A stretch of DNA of 64,000 bases. It comes from an uncultured Nitrospira sp. (GTDB lineage: Bacteria > Nitrospirota > Nitrospiria > Nitrospirales > Nitrospiraceae). The notes beneath the pieces were generated by a model. That model saw nothing but the letters and a program-made list of their open reading frames with translations. It was not told the origin of the DNA and did not search any database. The stretch is from positions 975-64,974 of the forward strand of contig CABVRO010000005.1 of NCBI GenBank assembly GCA_902500715.1, given 5' to 3'. This document shows, piece by piece, positions 1 through 8,984 of the stretch (its first letter is position 1; each line of letters starts with the position of its first letter). The position numbers and the translations under genes were made by a program.

Positions 1-2951
1 ACGCCGAACGCTTCTTCCACCAGTCCACTCACGACATACGCACGGTTGGGCGCGAGGAGCTGATAGCAGCGTCGATAGACGTTCGGAAAGAGTGTGGCGT
101 CGTAGAGAGCCGTCGTGTCTTCGAGTGTGATGAATTCCATGGCCTGACCGCGTTTCGTCTCCACCGGCTTTTCCGTGACGAGCCATCCCACCATCGTGAT
201 TCGGCAGCCGATGTAGCGAGGCATATGCGATGCCGGAACCGGCTTGAGCCGCTCGATTCGATCGCGATAGAGGGTCAATGGGTGGCGGCTTGCGAGAAAG
301 CCGAGCGACTCGATCTCATGAGCCAGCTTGCAGGACTCCGCGTAGTCCTCCGGCACAGGAAGCGGACCGGCGCGGGCCTGCTCTTTCGCATACAACCGCC
401 AGAGCAGCGCAGGTCTCGTCAACTCGCCGGCGAGGGAATCGCAGCAGCCGGCGCGGATCAACGTCCTGGCTTGCGCAGGATCGGGATCGATGCGTGTCTG
501 AAAGTCTTGGAACGAGCGGTAAGGACCGGCTTGCGTCCGTTCCTTCACGATACGCTCGCCGAGGTCTTTCTGAAGCGTCTTCACCTGCATCAAGCCGATT
601 CGCACGCGATCCCCTTCGCCGCGATAGGCCCAATCGCTGGCGTTCACATCCGGCGGCAGGATCGCGAGTCCCATGCGGCGCGCTTCCGAGACATAGGCGA
701 AAGCGGAATAAAATCCGCCCTGATTGCTGATGACGGAGGCGATGAACTCCGCCGGATAATGGGCGCGCAGGTAGGCGGACTTGAAAGAGACCTGGGCATA
801 GCTGGCCGAATGGGGTTTGCAAAAACTGTAGCCGGCGAAGCTCATGATCATCGTCCAGATCTTGGCGATCGTCTCCGGCGCGGCGCCGTTCTTTGCGGCG
901 CCGCGGCAGAATTGGTGATGGTAGTCGCGCAGCTGACGCGCCTTGTGTTTCTTGCTGATGACTTTCCGAAGTTGATCGGCATCTTCCACGGAAAAATCGG
1001 CGAGAGCCATCGCCACCTTCGTCACATCTTCCTGATACACCATGATGCCATGGGTTTCTTCTAAGATAGGCCCCATCGATGGATGGAGGGGCTCATATGG
1101 CTGACCATGGGCCCGCTGTACAAAATCATGCATGCACGTAAGGGCCGCCGGCCGCACCAGCGAAGAGACAATCACGAGATATTCAAACACGTCGGCGACC
1201 GCACGACGACGGGGTGGCATGCGGAGCCAGAGTTTCCGGAGCAGCAGCCTGGTGGCGGGCGATTCGACGTAGAAGCAGCCGATCGTGTCGCCTCTGCGGA
1301 TCAGCTCCATAGTGGCCTCGTCTTGAAGCGGGTCCCAACCGGCATAATCGATCATACGTCCGGTATGGCGGGCGATGGCCTCGAGGGCATCGCGAATGAC
1401 CGCAAGCGAGCGGTTGCCCAAGAGGTCAATCTTGACTAGGCCCGCCTCTTCCGTTTGATCCTTTTCCCATTGGATGACCGGCAGTCCCTTGGCCGTGAAT
1501 TCGACCGGCGCATAGCGCCGGATTTCATCCGGCACGATCACGACGCCGCCGCAGTGTATGGAAAGATGTCGAAAATGGTTCTGCGCCCGTAGCGCCTGTC
1601 CGAGGATCTCAGGCCAAGGCGCTTTGAGCCGCAAGGTCTGTGTGAGCCGGATGAGCCATTGTTGTTCGGTCGGCGGAGAGGGAGCAGTCAGGATGGCCTG
1701 CTGGCGGCAGACCCGTGCGGACATTGCGCCGATTTCGTCTGCCGGCATACCGTAGACCTTTGCCGTTTCGCGTATGGCCGCGCGGAACCCCAAGCTGTTC
1801 TGATTCGCCACCATGGCCGCTTGATGCTCGCCGTATTTCTGGAACACCCAATCCAGGATGCCGTCACGTGTGTCCCAGGGAAAATCGATGTCGATATCGG
1901 GCGGATCTTTTCGCCCAGGATTCAGAAATCGCTCGAAGAACAAATGGTGCTTGAGCGGATCCACGTGCGTGATCTTGAGGCAATACGAGACGATCGAGGC
2001 AGCCACCGACCCCCGACCGCACGTTAATGTCTCCTGTTCGATGATTTCCCTTACGATCAGGAAATAATGCGCGAAGCGTTTCTCTCTGATGACGGCAAGT
2101 TCCTTCTCGATCCGCGCGCGCACGTCCGGTGAAATCGTCCCATATCGTTCCTGCGCGCCGTTATAGGTCTTCTCCTTGAGCGCCGCAAAGGCCTCGTCTT
2201 CGCTGAATCGGCGAAAGGCCGGGAAGATCGTGTCGCCGAACTGCCAGTCGCTGTGACAGCTTTGGGCGATGCGAACGCTGTTCTCCAGCGCCTCAGGAAC
2301 ATGCGGCAGCTCCGCCGCCATGCGGCCTGGCGAGATGAGCCATTGGCGAGGGCTGCAGCAGGCTTCCTCCGGCAGCCGCGAGAAGGTGGTATTGTGCGCA
2401 ATGGCGCGCAACAGGCGATGCGTCGGAAAGTCATCCGGTCGGACAAAATACACGCGGTTGGTGGCGACGGGCGGCAGACCCAGGCGGCGGCTGAGCTGCA
2501 GCGTCTGTTGCATGGCAGGTCCCGGCGTCAATTCGACGTAAAGTTGCTGTCGGTCCTCCGTGGCCCAGTTTGCCAGAGCAACGGCATCGTCGGTCGCGAC
2601 GATCAATCCGCTGCGATGGCGCGCCACGGCCTCGATGAACCTGAACGACGGATCGCAATGCCGCTCGGACAGCAGGCGGCACAGGTTGGCATAGCCGTCT
2701 GGAGTTTCGACCAACAGTAGGGCGCGGTGGTCGCCGGTCGTCAATTCGGCGCCGAGGATCGGACGGATGCCCTCCTGCTTCGCCTGTTCGAGGAATCTGA
2801 CGGCGCCGTAGAGCCCGTTCGTATCGGTCACGGCCATGGTTTGGAGTCCTTGCCGCCGGGTTGCCGCACACAGCTCTTCCAGTGACGACACGCCGCGCAT
2901 GGCCGAATAGTCCGAATGCACGTGCAGGTGCACGAAGGGCGTGGTGGTCAT
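1..2951 (-). CDS. dnaE2: Error-prone DNA polymerase III alpha subunit DnaE2 (runs off the left edge)
   Basis: Manual minus-strand translation gives a PHP N-terminus (MTTTPFVHLHVHSDYSAMRG) and Pol III alpha motifs RHLSIHCGGVVI and GLVKIDLLGNRSL. The ATG overlaps the imuB stop (ATGA). It is missing from the ORF track because no stop lies in the window. Confidence 0.93.
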   Translation of the reverse strand, partial: MTTTPFVHLHVHSDYSAMRGVSSLEELCAATRRQGLQTMAVTDTNGLYGAVRFLEQAKQEGIRPILGAELTTGDHRALLLVETPDGYANLCRLLSERHCDPSFRFIEAVARHRSGLIVATDDAVALANWATEDRQQLYVELTPGPAMQQTLQLSRRLGLPPVATNRVYFVRPDDFPTHRLLRAIAHNTTFSRLPEEACCSPRQWLISPGRMAAELPHVPEALENSVRIAQSCHSDWQFGDTIFPAFRRFSEDEAFAALKEKTYNGAQERYGTISPDVRARIEKELAVIREKRFAHYFLIVREIIEQETLTCGRGSVAASIVSYCLKITHVDPLKHHLFFERFLNPGRKDPPDIDIDFPWDTRDGILDWVFQKYGEHQAAMVANQNSLGFRAAIRETAKVYGMPADEIGAMSARVCRQQAILTAPSPPTEQQWLIRLTQTLRLKAPWPEILGQALRAQNHFRHLSIHCGGVVIVPDEIRRYAPVEFTAKGLPVIQWEKDQTEEAGLVKIDLLGNRSLAVIRDALEAIARHTGRMIDYAGWDPLQDEATMELIRRGDTIGCFYVESPATRLLLRKLWLRMPPRRRAVADVFEYLVIVSSLVRPAALTCMHDFVQRAHGQPYEPLHPSMGPILEETHGIMVYQEDVTKVAMALADFSVEDADQLRKVISKKHKARQLRDYHHQFCRGAAKNGAAPETIAKIWTMIMSFAGYSFCKPHSASYAQVSFKSAYLRAHYPAEFIASVISNQGGFYSAFAYVSEARRMGLAILPPDVNASDWAYRGEGDRVRIGLMQVKTLQKDLGERIVKERTQAGPYRSFQDFQTRIDPDPAQARTLIRAGCCDSLAGELTRPALLWRLYAKEQARAGPLPVPEDYAESCKLAHEIESLGFLASRHPLTLYRDRIERLKPVPASHMPRYIGCRITMVGWLVTEKPVETKRGQAMEFITLEDTTALYDATLFPNVYRRCYQLLAPNRAYVVSGLVEEAFG

Positions 2952-4129
2952 GGCAAGGTCTTTCCCCAAGCGATCGCCCGTTCGCCGAATTTTGCGCGAA
3001 TCGCATCAAGGACAAGAGAGAGTCGATGGGATGCCGGCTGGACCGTCATGGCCGGCTCGTCGAAAAGCCGCAGTTGCTCGGCAAGCGGTTCCAGGCAATC
3101 GGCCCGCATTACGATTCGCTGGACCCTGACTCGGCGTCGGAAACATCGGACAAAGAGCTGGACGAGCACGGGCTGGAGATCCGCCTCCCAATAGGTGCCG
3201 CGCGGCATGGTTTGCTGCGTCGCCTGCTCCGTCTGGTCGCTGTGGCGGAGCGCCAGCGACAGACGCCTGCAAACGCGCCGTTGTTGCCGGAGCATAGCGC
3301 AAATCCGTTCGAGCAGATGGGACAGCCGTCCCAGGATGAGTCGATCGTCGATGTCGTCCGGATTGAGGGTGAGAGATTGTTCGATCAGCGGCTGTTCGAT
3401 TGATGGGCGGACGGGCGAGTGGTCAATACCCATGGCCCAGTCATGCAGCACGACGGCAGCGGTCCCGAGCACCGCTTCCAGCTGGGCCAATGACACGTCG
3501 GCGATGGATCCCAAGGTTCTCAGATTCAGATCGTCCAACCGGCGGAGAATATGCGAGGCCTGCATCCGGTTGAGTCCCGGCAGCAGTGTGGCAGGCAAGG
3601 GAGCGAGAAAGGCTCGCTCGGAGCCGGAATAGATCGAACGCATCTGCGGTGGCTTCTCCAGCGTCGTCGCCGCCAGGTGCGACACGAGTTTGTTCATGGC
3701 CATCCCTATTTGACTGGGCCATCCCCATTTGACCGTCAGTTCTCGTTCCAGGCGGGCGGCCGTATCGATGGGGCGTCCGAAGAGTCGTTGTGTGCCGGTG
3801 AGGTCCAGAAATAGCGAACCGGGTTGGATTGATTCCCACACAGGTGCAAAGGGTAGGATCGCCTGTTGCAATTCGCAATGCGCCGACCGCACCAGCGCCG
3901 GGTCCGGCGGTACCACGCGGATGCCCGAGCATAATCGGCGCGCCAGTTCCACGGTCATGCCGGAATGGATGCCTTCCTGCGCGGCTTCCCACGATACTTC
4001 CTGCACCAGTGCGCGACGCGTATGGACCGGTGCCAGGACGATCGGTCTTTTGCGCAACGAAGCCTCGCGGGTCTGCGCGAGCGCGATTCCGAAGGATGGA
4101 ATCTGGAGACAGAGGATATGGCGTTCCAT
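2948..4129 (-). CDS. imuB: ImuB-type (catalytically degenerate) Y-family polymerase accessory protein
   Basis: Y-family-like layout (GWPSQIGMAMNKLVSHLA, LPGL, C-terminal QLRLF clamp-binding-like motif). The catalytic DxD and SxDE motifs are replaced (CLQIPSF, SIQPGS). Translationally coupled to dnaE2. Start placed at ATG 4129; ATG 4138 is the alternative. Confidence 0.85.
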   Translation of the reverse strand: MERHILCLQIPSFGIALAQTREASLRKRPIVLAPVHTRRALVQEVSWEAAQEGIHSGMTVELARRLCSGIRVVPPDPALVRSAHCELQQAILPFAPVWESIQPGSLFLDLTGTQRLFGRPIDTAARLERELTVKWGWPSQIGMAMNKLVSHLAATTLEKPPQMRSIYSGSERAFLAPLPATLLPGLNRMQASHILRRLDDLNLRTLGSIADVSLAQLEAVLGTAAVVLHDWAMGIDHSPVRPSIEQPLIEQSLTLNPDDIDDRLILGRLSHLLERICAMLRQQRRVCRRLSLALRHSDQTEQATQQTMPRGTYWEADLQPVLVQLFVRCFRRRVRVQRIVMRADCLEPLAEQLRLFDEPAMTVQPASHRLSLVLDAIRAKFGERAIAWGKTLP

Positions 4130-4136
4130 GGGAGCC

Positions 4137-4166
4137 ATTGTAAATGTAACCGATGGTTACATTCAA
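4137..4166 (-). promoter_or_regulatory. Sigma70-like promoter (TTGAAT-N18-TACAAT) containing a perfect palindrome AATGTAACC-N3-GGTTACATT (4143-4163); candidate repressor operator
   Basis: Read directly from the sequence. The palindrome fills the -35/-10 spacer directly upstream of imuB-dnaE2. Confidence 0.7.
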
Positions 4167-4212
4167 AGGGTGAGGATTGTTCGGCGGCATGGCCTAGAAG
4201 CTCATGAAATGT

Positions 4213-4659
4213 TTACGGTTTCCTGCTCTCTCCCGAGGGGTCGCCGGATGCCGGTGAGCAATTCATTCCGGCGAAGGGATTCAGCGGGTTGACGCGCGGT
4301 GAGCAACGTTGCGATTCGGAGGCGGCCTTCTCGGGGGCGTCCTTCAAACCGGACGGCGATAACGCGGGATCGCCGGGACCGGGTTGGCGGGGAACCATCG
4401 GTGCGGTCGAGATGGACGGCGGAGTTGCATTCGACGGCAGCTCCATCTGTGGCGGTGCGGTCGGCTCGACCGGAGGGGTGAATCCTCCTGGGAGCGGGGG
4501 CGTGGCGGTGTCGATGGCGACGCAGCCCGGCTTGCCCTTCGGCTGGTCCGTCAGGACCGTGCTGCCATTGGCGCCTTGGCAACGATAGACCTTCGCGATT
4601 GCCTTGCTCGGCAGGAGTAGTGCGAGCAGGGTGAGAAGGAGGACATGAACCCAGCGCAT
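4213..4659 (-). CDS. DUF4124-like exported protein with Pro-rich linker
   Basis: Signal peptide, then KVYRCQGANGSTVLTDQP, typical of DUF4124. GGAG RBS before ATG 4659. Confidence 0.75.
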   Translation of the reverse strand: MRWVHVLLLTLLALLLPSKAIAKVYRCQGANGSTVLTDQPKGKPGCVAIDTATPPLPGGFTPPVEPTAPPQMELPSNATPPSISTAPMVPRQPGPGDPALSPSGLKDAPEKAASESQRCSPRVNPLNPFAGMNCSPASGDPSGESRKP

Positions 4660-4686
4660 CGTCAATTCTCCGATGCCAGATCCTGT

Positions 4687-4867
4687 CTAGCCCGGACTAT
4701 TCATAAATACCTGCTCCGGCGTCCGATCCTCTCGCCCGGCGAGGCTGTTCTCGTTCGGCCTCCTCGACGGACTGCGAGTACGCCTGCGTCGGCCTCACAT
4801 GCGAGCAGCCTCGCCGGGCTTCCGCCTCGAACGCCTCGCGACGGTATTTACGAATAATCCTGGCTAG
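4687..4867. mobile_element. MITE-like element, family A
   Basis: 25-bp terminal inverted repeats with 3 mismatches (CTAGCCCGGACTATTCATAAATACC vs GGTATTTACGAATAATCCTGGCTAG), CTAG at both ends, non-coding interior. Confidence 0.7.
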
Positions 4868-4975
4868 TGAAGGCTCAGATTCGAACGATCAGGTTGTGGA
4901 CCTGGAATGGACTATAGGCGCGAGGTCGAGGAGAGTCAATCTCGCCGAGGGGTGGCGGTGGGCTTGTGGCGTCCC

Positions 4976-5329
4976 TCAGCCCGGTGAGCGGCCGAGCCAC
5001 TTCTTCAGCAGGCCCAGGAGTCCGACCTGCGGGGCTGCCTGCCGGTCCGGATACTCTACCCACAGCTCCTGTGAGCCGAGGTAGAGGCCGTCGCGATAAC
5101 TCTGCTGACTGCGCAGCTGAGTGTATCCCTGTTGCTGGAGGGTGGTAATCAATTGCTGCAGGGCCTCGCCTGCGCTCGGGGCTTCCGAGGTGACGAGGTG
5201 CGTCGTTTCATACCGCAATGTCGCCTGGTACCCCGAAGCTGTCCGCACGAAATCCACGGGACGATTGAATCCTCGTTCCCTGGCATCGAAACCGGCGAGT
5301 TGGTGTTTCTCTCCAGCCGGGGTGGACAT
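4976..5329 (-). CDS. Hypothetical protein (117 aa)
   Basis: ORF with natural amino-acid composition, co-oriented with its neighbours; no family recognised. Confidence 0.65.
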   Translation of the reverse strand: MSTPAGEKHQLAGFDARERGFNRPVDFVRTASGYQATLRYETTHLVTSEAPSAGEALQQLITTLQQQGYTQLRSQQSYRDGLYLGSQELWVEYPDRQAAPQVGLLGLLKKWLGRSPG

Positions 5330-5336
5330 CGAACGA

Positions 5337-5705
5337 TTACAGCGCGCGATACACGGCTAACAGATCGCTCAAGGCGATGGTTTTGTTCTTGAGAATAACC
5401 CGCTCGGCTCCCAGCACATCCAGCGCGGCCACCTTTTCGGTTCCGCCCATCAGACATTTGCTGCCCAGCGCGAGGACCCGTTCACATTCTTTCTCCACCT
5501 TGCCCTTGACGACGGGATTCACCTTCAGGATCTCCATCATCTTGGCACGGGTTTCGCCGAGGTGCTTTTGGAGTTCTGCCTCCGGGTACTCCTTGCGCGC
5601 CGCTTCATCTTCGCAGCGGTCGATGTACTGTGTCAGAAAGACGTAGAGCCGCACGAAGGTTTCGGCGATCTCAATGTGTTTCGGGGTCAGCGTATTGTCT
5701 GCCAT
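5337..5705 (-). CDS. Hypothetical alpha-helical protein
   Basis: GGAGG RBS before ATG 5705 (MADNTLTPKH); natural composition. Confidence 0.7.
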   Translation of the reverse strand: MADNTLTPKHIEIAETFVRLYVFLTQYIDRCEDEAARKEYPEAELQKHLGETRAKMMEILKVNPVVKGKVEKECERVLALGSKCLMGGTEKVAALDVLGAERVILKNKTIALSDLLAVYRAL

Positions 5706-5783
5706 CGGAGCCTCCATTCACTGTGGTGCCGGGAACATTCATTGACTGCCGCGACCTGGTGACCGGCGAGAGCCGGTCTTGCG

Positions 5784-6089
5784 TCACAGCCGGACTTTAA
5801 TGTCGGTGCCTTCAACCGTGACTTCGTACGCGGTCACTTTGGCCGAAGGGTTATTGATGCAGGCGCCCGTCTTCACGTTGAACTCCCAGTTGTGCCATGG
5901 ACAGGCGACCACATCACCCACCACATCGCCTTCACCCAGCGGGCCGCCGCGATGCACACAGGTATTGTCGATGGCATAAAACGCGCCATCCACGTTGAAC
6001 ACCGCGATGGCTTTTCCGTTGACTTCCGCCACCATGCCGGTTCCCGGCCTCACGTCGGCGGTTCCTGCGATTCGAATCAGCTCGCCCAT
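5784..6089 (-). CDS. Rieske [2Fe-2S] ferredoxin (NirD/dioxygenase-ferredoxin-like)
   Basis: CxH (CVH) and CxxH (CPWH) Rieske ligands; GGAGG RBS before ATG 6089. Confidence 0.92.
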   Translation of the reverse strand: MGELIRIAGTADVRPGTGMVAEVNGKAIAVFNVDGAFYAIDNTCVHRGGPLGEGDVVGDVVACPWHNWEFNVKTGACINNPSAKVTAYEVTVEGTDIKVRL

Positions 6090-6132
6090 AGATCCTCCCT
6101 GAGTACGCCCATCTTCCGTGATCCGGTTCCGG

Positions 6133-7020
6133 TTAATTCCCCGTCGCCGGTCGTTTGATTTTATCCAGCAGACTGGCGATCCGGCTCTTTGCCGCCCCTG
6201 CCTCGCCCGTTTGTAATGCGGCCGCCAGCTTCGCGGCGATTTCCCGAAACGCCTTGGCTTGCGGTGAATCAGGCTTGGCGGCCACGATCGGGTTCCCGGT
6301 GTCGCCGCCGGCGCGAATGGCCGGATCGATGGGCACCCGTCCGAGGAAGGGAATGCCCAGTTTCTCCGCAGCCCGTTCTCCACCGCCGTGGGAGAAAATC
6401 TCGGTGCGTTCGCCGCAATGGCCGCAGAGGAAAAAGCTCATGTTCTCGACGATGCCGAGCAGGGGCACGTTGACCTTCTGGAACATCATCATGCCTTTGC
6501 GCACATCGTGCAGCGCCACTTCCTGCGGGGTCGTGACCGTGACGGCGCCCGACAGGGATACCAGCTGGGTTAGTGTCAGTTGGGCGTCGCCGGTTCCCGG
6601 CGGCAGGTCGATCAAGAGATAGTCCAGGTCGCCCCAGAGGACATCCCGGAAGAGCTGTTGAATGGCGGTGTGCACCATCGGACCGCGCCACACGACGGCG
6701 GTATCTTCCGGCACAAAAAATCCCATGGAGATCAGTTTGACGCCGTGGCTTTCCGCCGGGGCGATCTTGCCGTCTTTTTGTTCGGGTGTTTTCTCGACAC
6801 CCATCATCATCGGGATATTGGGGCCGTAGATATCGGCATCCAGTAATCCGACCTTGGCTCCGGTGAGGGCGAGGGCGACGGCCAGGTTGACCGACACAGT
6901 GGATTTGCCGACGCCGCCCTTGCCGCTGCTGACGGCGACGACGTGTTTCACGCCGGGAATGATATTGGGCTTGGCGGCCGCTTCGTCTTGATGCGGTGCG
7001 CCACTTTGCTGCTCTGCCAT
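6133..7020 (-). CDS. mrp: Mrp/NBP35 (ApbC) Fe-S cluster carrier ATPase
   Basis: [10 protein letters not shown]-loop, [24 protein letters not shown] and CxxC motifs. Confidence 0.93.
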   Translation of the reverse strand: MAEQQSGAPHQDEAAAKPNIIPGVKHVVAVSSGKGGVGKSTVSVNLAVALALTGAKVGLLDADIYGPNIPMMMGVEKTPEQKDGKIAPAESHGVKLISMGFFVPEDTAVVWRGPMVHTAIQQLFRDVLWGDLDYLLIDLPPGTGDAQLTLTQLVSLSGAVTVTTPQEVALHDVRKGMMMFQKVNVPLLGIVENMSFFLCGHCGERTEIFSHGGGERAAEKLGIPFLGRVPIDPAIRAGGDTGNPIVAAKPDSPQAKAFREIAAKLAAALQTGEAGAAKSRIASLLDKIKRPATGN

Positions 7021-7227
7021 AGTGATGCCTCCTCCACCTCGCGGGTCCGGCTGGATTTGCGGGTTTCATTGCATATTAAGCTATCGTTCCGGGGAAAAGA
7101 AATGGGCCAGTAGACGCAGAGCGCAGCTGGGTAGAACAGCACGGGATGAAAAAGAGGCCGGGAATGTTCAGTTACGACGCGAGGGACGTGTCACCGTTCA
7201 CGTCTCACATGTGACGTTGCACGCGCG

Positions 7228-8061
7228 CTAGGTGCGTTCCCTGTGGAGATTATAGGTCAACCCTAGCAGCGAGAGTGAGTAAATCAACCATTTGGATGGG
7301 TCGAAGTTGTACCATTTCGATCCATTCCGGTAGTCGTGTGAGTACGTATGGTGATAGTTGTGGTAGCCCTCGCCGAAACTGATGAAGGAGATGAGCCAGC
7401 TGTCGCGGCTGCTGTCCTGCGTGCCGTGCGGCTGCGTGCCGACCATGTGACAGAGCGAGTTGATGGTGAAGGTGGAATTGAGTACAAGTACCGTGCGCAG
7501 CACTCCGGCGAGGAGGAAACAACCAAGGCCGCCGGTGAAGCCGCCGTTCAGGTATCCGGCGATAAAAGGCAAGAGGAGCCCGGAGGCGACGATCGGCCAG
7601 TAGTATCGGTGTTGCCACATCACCATCGGGTCGGTACGCAGCTTCGCGGCGAACCGTTCCTCCCGATAGGGCGTGTCCTTAAACAACCAGCCGACATGGC
7701 TGTGCCAGAATCCCTTGCGTGCGTTGTACGGATCTGCGTCCTCGTCGGTATGCGCGTGGTGGCGAATGTGATCCGCGCACCAGAGCAGCGCGGAATTCTG
7801 GACCGCCCACCCGCCCATCACCAGCAGGCAAGCCTTGACCCAGGGATGACTCTCGAAGCTGCGATGGGTGATCATACGGTGGTACCCCACCGTGATCCCC
7901 ATGCCGGTCACCACATAGAGGACGGCGAGCAGCGTCCAATCCAGAACGGTATAGTCATAAAAATAGGCGAAGAGCGGAACCCCGACAAAGGCGAGAATCG
8001 TGAGCCCGGCGAAGAGGGCCACGGTGCCCCAGCAGACGGATTGTGTGGATGAGTCGGCCAT
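7228..8061 (-). CDS. Membrane fatty acyl desaturase (delta-9 type)
   Basis: His boxes HRMITH, HIRHH and HNYHH; GEGYHNYHH and DPSKW motifs; transmembrane segments. Confidence 0.92.
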   Translation of the reverse strand: MADSSTQSVCWGTVALFAGLTILAFVGVPLFAYFYDYTVLDWTLLAVLYVVTGMGITVGYHRMITHRSFESHPWVKACLLVMGGWAVQNSALLWCADHIRHHAHTDEDADPYNARKGFWHSHVGWLFKDTPYREERFAAKLRTDPMVMWQHRYYWPIVASGLLLPFIAGYLNGGFTGGLGCFLLAGVLRTVLVLNSTFTINSLCHMVGTQPHGTQDSSRDSWLISFISFGEGYHNYHHTYSHDYRNGSKWYNFDPSKWLIYSLSLLGLTYNLHRERT

Positions 8062-8191
8062 CGTACTCCTTCGCGACCTGTGCGCAACTCATCGTCACAG
8101 TGCACCGTCGTGGTAAAGGTATTGGTCAAGGCAAACGGCGCACTGTAACGGAGTCGACGTCAGATTTTCAAGAGGCGAAGGGGTATGGCCG

Positions 8192-8731
8192 CTACCATCT
8201 CAGAAAGGGTGTCGGGTTGAGGGGATGTTTCAGCAACCATGCGCCGCCGGTCTTGAGGAGGAATCGGTGAAAGCCGTGGTTGGGAAACTGCTGCTGCACG
8301 CGGGTGATGTACGACCGGGGAATGTCACAGCTGAAGACGCCGAGTGACACGTCCACCAAGTCGCCTTTTCGAAAGACCTCGACAAGTGGGTAGCGGCGAT
8401 CTGGATAGGCGCGTACTTTGTGGTGCAAGCCGATCATGAGGGCGATTTCTTCAGCCCATTCCTGTCGCCCTGAATCGAATAGGTAGTGGGCGGCATGGGA
8501 AATTGAAGGCGGAATGTAGTCGAGCGTGTGGTCGGACCACAAACCGATATCGTGAAAGCAGGCCGCGATGGCCACTTTCGTCTTCTCTTCTTCAGTGCAT
8601 CGACGCAGGGCCAAGCAGAAATTGAACAGGCGATACACATGTCCCCTGTATGCCCGGTAGTCCTCCCCGATCAGCGCTGTCCATTTCGCAAGAATGTGCT
8701 CGATGAGGTCGTGGCTTGTCTCGATAGGCAT
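8192..8731 (-). CDS. HD-domain-like metal-dependent phosphohydrolase
   Basis: HVYR...FHDIGLW...HH...DLVD pattern. The start (ATG 8731) is uncertain. Confidence 0.65.
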   Translation of the reverse strand: MPIETSHDLIEHILAKWTALIGEDYRAYRGHVYRLFNFCLALRRCTEEEKTKVAIAACFHDIGLWSDHTLDYIPPSISHAAHYLFDSGRQEWAEEIALMIGLHHKVRAYPDRRYPLVEVFRKGDLVDVSLGVFSCDIPRSYITRVQQQFPNHGFHRFLLKTGGAWLLKHPLNPTPFLRW

Positions 8732-8984
8732 CGGGTTAGGACCTAAGCGAAGGAGCAGAAAACGGGAGTGTTTCTCGGCCGGCTGTCGCATGCCCTCCTG
8801 CGGCTATGTCTGCAGACGGGCATGCGACAGCCGGTCGATTCTAACAAATCATAGGAAATCTACAAGGGACCAGCGTGCGACGTCTGTTGTCTGCGACGTG
8901 CAGGCAAGCGCCAGCAAATATTCAAGGGCGGCGGGGCGGTGTATACTGCAGGTAGGACCCCCTCACGCCGCTCGGGAGGATCAG

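Noticed and set aside
225-2720. Long plus-strand ORFs (e.g. 225-1064, 1083-1439) over the left end
   Set aside because: Antisense shadows of dnaE2, which carries the recognisable motifs.
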